Below the pieces are notes generated by a model, which ran no database searches, had not been told where the DNA came from, and was given only the letters and a program-made list of their open reading frames with translations. Below, one piece after another: positions 16,951-23,820 of a stretch of 32,000 nucleotides of DNA. Numbering within the stretch: position 1 is the stretch's first letter; the number at the start of each line of letters is the position of its first letter. The DNA is from Halomicrobium mukohataei DSM 12286 (lineage in GTDB: Archaea > Halobacteriota > Halobacteria > Halobacteriales > Haloarculaceae), in contig NC_013202.1 in NCBI RefSeq assembly GCF_000023965.1, positions 1,680,001 through 1,712,000 on the forward strand, given 5' to 3'. A program made the translations under genes and the position numbers.

Positions 16951-18096
16951 ATGAATATAGCTGATATTGCCACTAGTGATTTTGTTGAACTCGACGCCGA
17001 TGTCCGCCTCGGCAAAGTGCGCTCGATCTTCGAGCGCGAGAACCCCAAGGGAATCGTCATCACCGAGGACGGGGCGTACGCCGGTGTGATTACCCAGAAG
17101 CAGCTGGTCCAGTCCCACGTCGAGGACAACGCCAAGGCAGGTGCGATGATGCGGTCGGCCCCGAAAGTCGAACGCCACGACGACGTCCGCGAGGTCGCTC
17201 GCGTCCTCGTCGAAGGCGGTGCGAAGATCGCACCGGTCTTCGAGGGGGGCTCGCTGTGGGGGGTCGTCACTGGCGACGACATTCTCGAAGCCGTCCTGGA
17301 GAATCTCGATGCCCTCACCGTCGAACAGATCTACACCAAAGACGTCGTCACCATCACCGAGGAGACCCACGTCGGGCAAGCGATCAACCTCCTGCGCAAG
17401 CACAGCATCTCTCGTATCCCCGTGCTCGACGACGACGGAGACCTCTCTGGCATGGTCACGACCCACGACATCGTCGACGTGGTCGTCCGGGATATGAACA
17501 AGGCGACGCGGGGCGACCGCTCCGGCGAGAACGACCGCGTCCTCGATCTGCCGGTCTACGACATCATGAACAGCCCCGTCGCGACGACCTCTCTCGACGG
17601 TTCGGTTCGAGATGCCGTCGAGCGGATGCTCGAAAACGACTTCGCCGGCCTCGTCGTCACCCCGGACCACGACGACTCGCTGGTCGCCGGGATCGTCACC
17701 AAGACGGACGTGCTCCGCGCGCTGACGTTCACCGAGGAGGAGCATATGGACGTACAGATCACCAACATCAACCTCCTGGACAACACGATCTCTCGGGACG
17801 ACATCCGCGAAGAGATCGGCGACGTGGCCAGCAAGTACCAGGACATGCAGGTCCAGCACGCCCACGTCCGCTTCCACGAGCACAAGGAGAAACTCCGTGG
17901 CACGCCCCTGATCCAGTGCCAGATCCGTCTGCGGACCAACAAGGGCCAGGCCGCCGGCTCCGGCGAGGGCTACGGCTCCGACACGGCGTTCAACGTCGCT
18001 CTCGACAAACTCCAGCGGAACGTCCTGGAGATGAAAGGCGTCCGCGCCGACGAGGAGTACCGCGGCCAGCTGCTGCGGAAGCTGGGCGAGCTGTAG
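16951..18096 (+). CDS. CBS-domain protein (two CBS pairs) with a C-terminal HPF/RaiA-like (ribosome-hibernation-factor-like) domain
   Basis: Trimmed to the ATG at 16951 (MNIADIATSDFVELD...). There are four CBS-like repeats (for example ISRIPVLDDDGDLSGMVTTHDIV and AGLVVTPDHDDSLVAGIVTKTDVL). The tail is MDVQITNINLL...HAHVRFHEHKE...IQCQIRLRTNKGQAAGSGEGYGSDTAFNVALDKLQRNVLEMKG. It follows the b-a-b-b-b-a pattern of HPF/YfiA. Confidence 0.75.
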   Translation: MNIADIATSDFVELDADVRLGKVRSIFERENPKGIVITEDGAYAGVITQKQLVQSHVEDNAKAGAMMRSAPKVERHDDVREVARVLVEGGAKIAPVFEGGSLWGVVTGDDILEAVLENLDALTVEQIYTKDVVTITEETHVGQAINLLRKHSISRIPVLDDDGDLSGMVTTHDIVDVVVRDMNKATRGDRSGENDRVLDLPVYDIMNSPVATTSLDGSVRDAVERMLENDFAGLVVTPDHDDSLVAGIVTKTDVLRALTFTEEEHMDVQITNINLLDNTISRDDIREEIGDVASKYQDMQVQHAHVRFHEHKEKLRGTPLIQCQIRLRTNKGQAAGSGEGYGSDTAFNVALDKLQRNVLEMKGVRADEEYRGQLLRKLGEL

Positions 18097-18303
18097 CGCC
18101 CTCCTTCCTCTGTATCCGCCGAGCCCCGCGAGGCGGTTCACTCGATCGAACGGTGCGAGGCGCGCCGAAGGCGGCCCTCGATGTGAACGGGGAACGAACT
18201 GACCCGTGAACGGAGTGAGATCGAGCGTTTTTCACCCACGTTTTTACGCGAGGGTTCCCGCAGTGAGCGAAGCGAGCGAGGAAACCCGACGCGGAAAAAG
18301 GTG

Positions 18304-18348
18304 GAGGAGTACCGCGGCCAGCTGCTGCGGAAGCTGGGCGAGCTGTAG
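18304..18348 (+). repeat. Orphan duplicate of the last 45 nt (including the stop) of the CBS gene, identical to 18052-18096
   Basis: GAGGAGTACCGCGGCCAGCTGCTGCGGAAGCTGGGCGAGCTGTAG occurs twice, separated by a 207-nt hairpin-rich insert (18097-18303). Confidence 0.9.
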
Positions 18349-18422
18349 GGGTCGACGGCGTTCTTTTCCACACGTTTTGATCGGGCATCTTCGCTCTGGC
18401 ACGATGGAGTATCGCGGCACCG

Positions 18423-18815
18423 TCACGGCGCGGTTCGGCCGTCGTTCGAGCGTCGCTCTGCCAGCAACAGAACGACGCCACCGAGGAGCGTCACGTAGAC
18501 TCCGACGTCGGCGATAAACATGCCAATGATTCCGTATTTACCGACACAAAAAGTGACGGACGTCACTACTGCGACGGTTCCGACCGACACTCGAAACGAA
18601 CTCTCGCTGACCCATTTGAGGTCACTGACCATTCCCAGAGCAGTGACGAGCGCAAGTACGAGCGTGACGAGACCGTACGTTTCTGTCCCGGAATGCATCC
18701 CCGGTAGTCCGACTGTCAGGATCGCCTCGTGCGTCGGGTTAGCCCTGACCCACGGTAGATACGCCCCAACGAGGAGAAAACACAGACCGATCCAGACTCG
18801 TCTCCGTGAGTGCAT
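18423..18815 (-). CDS. Hypothetical four-helix membrane protein with atypical (A/T-richer) codon usage
   Basis: Trimmed to the Met at 18815 (MHSRRRVWIGLCFLLVGAYLPWV...). It is hydrophobic throughout. Third-codon positions are visibly less G/C-rich than in the flanking genes. Confidence 0.5.
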   Translation of the reverse strand: MHSRRRVWIGLCFLLVGAYLPWVRANPTHEAILTVGLPGMHSGTETYGLVTLVLALVTALGMVSDLKWVSESSFRVSVGTVAVVTSVTFCVGKYGIIGMFIADVGVYVTLLGGVVLLLAERRSNDGRTAP

Positions 18816-19004
18816 CGCTATCTCGTACACTGCCCGCTGGAGGTTGTAGTTCTTCTGTCCGATATTTCGGTCAAATGACTGGAACGACCACGCTGGCAGT
18901 CGGAGAACAGCCAATCAGATACGGCCGAAACTTCCGTGTCGAAGTTCGTCCCGACAGTATTTTTATGGAGTGTGCGAGTGAAATTGAAGACGCGAACCGC
19001 TCGA

Positions 19005-19488
19005 TTACGATCGATACTCGTCGATGTCGACGGCGCGTCTCGTCTCCTCGTGTGTGAGATCGCTGTCGGCGGAGACGATCGGTGCGCCCCACTCACGGCC
19101 GACCGCAGCCACGAGTCCGTCGACGCCGTCGAGATACGGTCCGCCGGCCGGAATCTCGTCTGCGATCCGGGCAGCGGTCTCGGACAGTTCCGCATCGACT
19201 TCGACGACCTCTACCCAGCCCAGCGCCTCGATCGCTTCCTCTAAGTCGCCGTCTGGGTGGTTGCCGACGCCGACGATCGCTTCGGTGTACGCTGGTGCGG
19301 GTGCGATCCAGGTTTGGTCGGCACCACCGTTGGCCTCGTAGTACTCTCTCGTCGCCGAGAGCCCACTCATACGGATTATTGTAGCGATTTACCGGTGATC
19401 GTCTACTCCGTGGCGACGATCACCGGTAAGCAACTACAATAAACCGTATCAGGTAATCGATGAGAAAATTCGCGTCCAGGACTCTCAT
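19005..19488 (-). pseudogene. vapC: vapC (PIN-domain toxin) interrupted after codon 13 by MITE copy C
   Basis: The ATG at 19488 overlaps the antitoxin stop (ATGA) and encodes MRVLDANFLIDYL. The 79-nt element follows. Removing 19370-19451 (82 nt) joins it in frame to SGLSATREYYEANGG...GAPIVSADSDLTHEE..., giving a 133-aa PIN protein. Confidence 0.85.
19370..19448. mobile_element. Foldback MITE copy C (79 nt), flanked by TCA (19367-19369) and TCA (19449-19451)
   Basis: TACGGATTATTGTAG...CTACAATAAACCGTA termini. The divergent centre is TTACCGGTGATCGTC / GACGATCACCGGTAA, a perfect 15-bp stem. Confidence 0.85.
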
Positions 19489-19727
19489 CGATCTCCCAGC
19501 CGCTCCGCGCGGTCCGCACGCTCGTCTCTGGCCTTGGCTCGTTTCGTCCGGATCCACTCACCTTGTTCCTCGGACAGCACCCCGAACCCGTCGTCGAAGT
19601 CACTCTCCGTGGTGTCGGCGATCAATCGTTCGAGGACGTCGTTGTACGACTCGCCCTCGCGTCGCCGGTGTTCGAGGCGTTCTTTGATCCGTTCACTGAC
19701 CCGGATCTGTTCGTCGGCGGTTGCCAT
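19485..19727 (-). CDS. vapB: Antitoxin of the vapBC pair (ribbon-helix-helix-like, 80 aa)
   Basis: Trimmed to the Met at 19727: MATADEQIRVSERIKERLEHRRREGESYNDVLERLIAD... is the usual haloarchaeal antitoxin pattern. The stop overlaps the vapC ATG. Confidence 0.75.
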   Translation of the reverse strand: MATADEQIRVSERIKERLEHRRREGESYNDVLERLIADTTESDFDDGFGVLSEEQGEWIRTKRAKARDERADRAERLGDR

Positions 19728-19754
19728 CGCTCGTGTCGACGTTGGCGTTGACAG

Positions 19755-19760
19755 AATAAA
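19755..19760 (-). promoter_or_regulatory. TATA box candidate of the vapBC operon
   Basis: The minus strand reads GATTTATTC, with TTTATT ending 28 nt upstream of the vapB ATG. This spacing fits a leaderless transcript. Confidence 0.45.
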
Positions 19761-19820
19761 TCGTTTGGCTCTCCCCATCCGGTCGTGTTCAGATAAGAGA
19801 TCAGTGCAGGCAGTCTGAAG

Positions 19821-20109
19821 CACCGAAAGCCCTCGTACAGTTGCGGTCCCGCGACTCGCTGTGCGCGCTTCGCGTGCTTGTTCTGAGAGAGCAAGCTCTC
19901 TCGACGTTCGCCTCTCTTCGTTCGGGTCACCTTCGTCGGGGTTCCCGCAACTGTACTCGCCCTTTCATCCGCCAGGGTTCAGACTGTGAGGCAGCCGAAT
20001 CCTGGCGGATGAAAGGGCGAGGCCCGCTCCGGGGTTCTGCGGCGGCACTATCCGAACGGAGTGAGGATATCCGCCACAGAACCCCGGAGCGGGCCGAGGG
20101 CTTTCGGTG
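19821..20109. repeat. 289-nt composite palindromic element: a 15-bp closing stem enclosing three abutting long hairpins
   Basis: CACCGAAAGCCCTCG (19821-19835) pairs with CGAGGGCTTTCGGTG (20095-20109). The three inner stems are TACAGTTGCGG/CCGCAACTGTA, the 21-bp perfect stem 19956-19976/20001-20021, and the 24-bp stem 20022-20045/20071-20094 with one mismatch. Confidence 0.8.
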
Positions 20110-20231
20110 TCTCCAACTCAGAAAATGCAGCGGCTTATCTGAACACTACCCCCCATCCGGTCGTGTTCGGATATGAGATTTGAGAGGGCACTACTCAAGC
20201 GCCGAATGATTATTAAAATTACAAGAGTCGC

Positions 20232-20405
20232 TCAAATACCGGAATTCGTATAACCTGACAATGTTGGAAACAGGAACAGTAGAAGAAGTAGTATCGCTAG
20301 AACTGCGTGTTTGTAACGTCGGTTGTATCCCGAATATCCGGCGCCGAACAGGAGTCCAAGGATGCATAGTGCATAGATGATAGAAGGGATGTTTACACCA
20401 AACAT
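20232..20405 (-). CDS. Possible 57-aa two-helix membrane micro-protein inside a low-GC islet
   Basis: The minus-strand ATG at 20405 to TGA at 20234-20232 encodes MFGVNIPSIIYALCILGLLFGAGYSGYNRRYKHAVLAILLLLLFLFPTLSGYTNSGI. It is below the ORF-track cut-off and its A/T-rich codons are unlike the host genes. Confidence 0.35.
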   Translation of the reverse strand: MFGVNIPSIIYALCILGLLFGAGYSGYNRRYKHAVLAILLLLLFLFPTLSGYTNSGI

Positions 20406-20862
20406 ATTTACAACCCGCTTCGACTACATTAGAATTCTACGATTTCCGGATAATAGTGTGCAATAGACTAGCTGATACTAACAGCTATGATAAACTGCAG
20501 GTGGCCGTAATCTGGGTGGTCTGATGTCTCTGTGAGCGTATCTGAGAACTCATCTCGTAGCTTTTCCCAGCCAGGATCGTTCCCCCGTCCCAAGTTTGTA
20601 CCTGTACTGATGTATCGGAGGTATAGCCCAACGTACAGTGACCATGTCTCCATCCGTCGTGAGGCGGGGATGAATTGACCAGGACGCCCACTGGAGATGA
20701 CCAATGGGCGGACTACCTGTTGTGTTGGGCGGCATTCGCGCGACCGAGTGGTCCGAAGGACCCGGCAGGTCGCGCAATTCACCGGACGAGCGAAGCGAGT
20801 CCGGCCTTTTTCACCACCGGGAGAGCTCGCTCTCCCGAGCCTCACTTCGCTTCGCTCAGTGA

Positions 20863-20923
20863 GACCACGTTTTTGCGCAAGTGGTTCGCGCACCGCGCGA
20901 ACCCGCAGCCGAAAAAGGTGGTC
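20863..20923 (-). terminator. Hairpin plus oligo-T immediately after the cdc48 stop (terminator candidate, symmetric on both strands)
   Basis: GACCACGTTTTTGCGCAAGTGGTTCGCGC-ACC-GCGCGAACCCGCAGCCGAAAAAGGTGGTC. On the cdc48 strand the stop codon is followed by ACCACCTTTTTCGG. Confidence 0.4.
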
Positions 20924-23145
20924 TACTGGAAGCCGATGCGGCCGCCACCGCGGGTCTGCTGGGGTTCGCCGCCGCCCTTGAATTCGTCTTGCATCTGCTC
21001 GTAGTAGTCGCGGATGTCGTCGGTGATCGTCGGGCGCACGTTCTCCATGGCCTGCCGGAAGTGCCTCATCTCGACCATCTCGGCGTCGTCGTCCTCGCGC
21101 AGCGCCTCGATGGCGGCCTCGCGGCCGATCGACTCCAGGTCGGAGCCGACGTAGCCGTCGGTCATCTCCGCGAGTTCGCGCAGGCTCACGTCCGGCGACA
21201 GCGGCGTGTCGTCGGTGTGGATCTTGAGGATCTGCTCGCGGCCCTCGATACCGGGTTCGCCGACCATCACCAGCCGGTCGAACCGACCCGAGCGGATCAG
21301 TGCCGGATCGATCATGTCCGGCCGGTTGGTCGCGCCGATCACCATCACCTCTTCCATCTCTTCGAGCCCGTCGAGTTCGGTCAGCAGCTGGTTGACGACG
21401 CGTTCGGAAACGTTGCTCCCGGTCTCGCCGCCACGTCCCGGTGCGAGGGAGTCGAGTTCGTCGAAGAAGATCACCGTCGGTGCGACCTGCCGGGCCTTCC
21501 GGAAGGTCTGACGGATCGCCTTCTCCGACTCGCCGACCCACTTCGAGAGGAGCTGTGGTCCCCGCACCGAGATGAAGTTGGCGTCAGTCTCGTTGGCGAC
21601 GGCTTTGGCCATCAGGGTCTTTCCGGTCCCCGGCGGCCCGTACAGCAGGACGCCAGATGGCGGTGAGACGCCCATGCGCTCGAACTTCTCCGGGCTGTTC
21701 ATCGGCCACTCGACGGACTCCTGGACCTGCTCTTTGGCGTCGTCGAGACCGCCCACGTCGTCCCAGGAGATCTTCGGGAGCTCGACCAGCACCTCCCGCA
21801 TGGCGCTGGGACTCACCTCGTTGAGGGCCCCGCGGAAGTCCTCCCGTTTGATGATCATGCGGTCGATCAGGCTCGGCGGGATGTCCTCCTCGTCTAAGTC
21901 GATCTCGGGGAGGTACCGACGCAGCGCCTTCATCGCGGCCTCTTTGGTCAGGCTCTCGATGTCGGCACCGACGAAGCCGTGGGTCTCGGTCGCCAGATTC
22001 GAGAGGGCCACGTCGTCCGAGAGAGGCATCCCGCGGGTGTGGATCTGGAGGATCTCCTCGCGGCCGACCTCGTCGGGGACGCCGATCTCGATCTCGCGGT
22101 CGAACCGGCCCGGCCGGCGCAGTGCCGGGTCGACGCTGTCGACGCGGTTGGTCGCGGCGATGACGATGACCTGGCCGCGTGATTCGAGACCGTCCATCAT
22201 CGTCAGCAGCTGGGCGACGACGCGGCGCTCGACCTCGCCGGTCACGTCCTCGCGCTTGGGCGCGATCGAGTCTAGCTCGTCGATGAAGATGATCGAGGGA
22301 GCCTCCTCGCTGGCGTCCTCGAAGATCTCCCTGAGTTGCTGTTCGGACTCGCCGTAGTACTTCGAGATGATCTCCGGACCGGCAATAGAAAAGAAACTGG
22401 CGGAGGTCTCGTTGGCGACGGCCTTCGCGAGCAGGGTCTTGCCCGTACCCGGTGGACCGTGGAGCAACACCCCCTGTGGCGGCTCGATGCCGAGCTTCTT
22501 GAAGATCTGGGGGTGTTTCATCGGCAACTCGACCATTTCGCGGACCCGCTGGATCTCACTGGAGAGGCCGCCGATGTCCTCGTAGGTGATGCCGCCGCCG
22601 GTCTTCTCGAAGCCGCTGATGGGCTCTTCGCGCAACTCCACGTCCGTGTCCTCGGTGATGAGACAGACGCCCTCCGGCTCGGTCTCGACGGCGATCAGCG
22701 GGATCGCCTGGCCCGGCGAGCGCATGAACGGGTGGTTCGTACTGGACATTACGGGGACGATGTCGCGCTCGACGACCGGGCGCTTGAGGATCTGGCGCTT
22801 GACCATGCCGGCCGCGTCCGAGCCGAACTGTACGCTGGCTTCCTCCGGCGGAGCCAGCACGAGCTTGTCGGCCTTCTCGGCGTCGGCCTTGCGGATCGTC
22901 ACGCGTTCGCCGATGCCCACGTCGGCGTTCTGTCGCGTGAAACCGTCGATGCGCACCGTGTCGGTGTTCCAGTCCTGTCGATCCGCACGCCACACTTTCG
23001 CGGCGGTGGTCTCACTTCCCTCGATCTCGATGATGTCGCCGGGCGAGAGCTTGAGATGCAAGAGCGTGTCCGGATCCAGGCGAGCGATACCGCGCCCCGA
23101 GTCGTTCGGGTACGCTTTCGCGACCTCCAGTTGAACCTCGTTCAT
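20923..23145 (-). CDS. cdc48: CDC48/VCP-type AAA+ ATPase
   Basis: N-domain [25 protein letters not shown]. There are two AAA modules, each with GPPGTGKTL(L/M)AKAVANE and a DEL(D) Walker B. Length 740 aa. Confidence 0.95.
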   Translation of the reverse strand: MNEVQLEVAKAYPNDSGRGIARLDPDTLLHLKLSPGDIIEIEGSETTAAKVWRADRQDWNTDTVRIDGFTRQNADVGIGERVTIRKADAEKADKLVLAPPEEASVQFGSDAAGMVKRQILKRPVVERDIVPVMSSTNHPFMRSPGQAIPLIAVETEPEGVCLITEDTDVELREEPISGFEKTGGGITYEDIGGLSSEIQRVREMVELPMKHPQIFKKLGIEPPQGVLLHGPPGTGKTLLAKAVANETSASFFSIAGPEIISKYYGESEQQLREIFEDASEEAPSIIFIDELDSIAPKREDVTGEVERRVVAQLLTMMDGLESRGQVIVIAATNRVDSVDPALRRPGRFDREIEIGVPDEVGREEILQIHTRGMPLSDDVALSNLATETHGFVGADIESLTKEAAMKALRRYLPEIDLDEEDIPPSLIDRMIIKREDFRGALNEVSPSAMREVLVELPKISWDDVGGLDDAKEQVQESVEWPMNSPEKFERMGVSPPSGVLLYGPPGTGKTLMAKAVANETDANFISVRGPQLLSKWVGESEKAIRQTFRKARQVAPTVIFFDELDSLAPGRGGETGSNVSERVVNQLLTELDGLEEMEEVMVIGATNRPDMIDPALIRSGRFDRLVMVGEPGIEGREQILKIHTDDTPLSPDVSLRELAEMTDGYVGSDLESIGREAAIEALREDDDAEMVEMRHFRQAMENVRPTITDDIRDYYEQMQDEFKGGGEPQQTRGGGRIGFQ

Positions 23146-23360
23146 AGTTAGTCTGCGGGGATACCTGATTTCAGTCGTGACCGGAGATATGCTTTATGCT
23201 ACCGGCGGTCCCCTGTCCGTCCGGTAGGTACTTATGTTATCATGTGTCACACTGCCACGGCCGCGCTACCGACGCCGCCACAGTCCGTCGGTTGAACCTC
23301 CGCATGTCACACTTTGCCGTGGTGGTAGCTTTCATAGGGCTGGCCGAGAAAGCCGCGACT

Positions 23361-23774
23361 ATGGTGTTTCTCGTCCCGTACGACGGATCGTCGCCGGCCC
23401 GTGCAGCACTCGAACGCGCAGTCGAGTACGGTACGCCACTGGATCGCGACGTCGTCGCCGTCAGCTACATCCCGACTGGTAACAGCTACGCCGAGCGTCG
23501 TCAGTGGGTCGACCCCGACGACGAGTTCCCCTTCGAGACGGTCACGCAGGACCTCGAACGCAAGATCGAGGAGGCGACCGACGACACGGAACTGCGCTAC
23601 ACCGACGTGAGCGCCCACTCTCCCGCGGGCGGCTCCTCCGAGGAAGTCCGCCAGACCGCCAGCGACGTGGACGCGACCGTCCTGTTCGTCGGGAGCGACG
23701 ACGAGGAGTCGGTCGTCGTGCCGGTCGGTGATGGCACTGACGAGGAGTACGACGTACACGTCGTCCGCGGCTGA
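23361..23774 (+). CDS. Universal stress protein (UspA-like) family protein
   Basis: Trimmed to the ATG at 23361 (MVFLVPYDGSSPARAALERAVEYG...VLFVGSDDEESVVVPVG). The small acidic alpha/beta pattern is typical of haloarchaeal USPs. The ATP-binding G-x2-G-x9-G-S motif is not obvious. Confidence 0.6.
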   Translation: MVFLVPYDGSSPARAALERAVEYGTPLDRDVVAVSYIPTGNSYAERRQWVDPDDEFPFETVTQDLERKIEEATDDTELRYTDVSAHSPAGGSSEEVRQTASDVDATVLFVGSDDEESVVVPVGDGTDEEYDVHVVRG

Positions 23775-23820
23775 TCGGCGCTTCGCGGTACTTTTCTTTT
23801 GGCGCACCGACGCCACGAGT

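Noticed and set aside
18838-18950. GGTTGTAG...TGTCCGATAT (18841-18864) and GATACGGCCGAAACTTCCGTG (18927-18947), which resemble MITE termini. The same applies to GTAACGACGGTTGTGT at 9256-9271.
   Set aside because: Only 10-11 of 15-16 positions match. There is no partner terminus at the right distance and no duplicated T(C/G)A flanks. These could be chance matches or very old debris.
20485-20777. The 68-aa and 75-aa minus-strand ORFs in and next to the low-GC islet.
   Set aside because: They overlap each other in different frames and show no hydrophobic or motif pattern. Part of their length runs through the hairpin repeats. They could be fragments of a decayed gene, but I cannot support a call.
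19821-20923. The hairpin repeats as a CRISPR array.
   Set aside because: There is no regularly spaced identical direct repeat with unique spacers. The units are inverted repeats of differing sequence and length, and no cas genes or leader are present.
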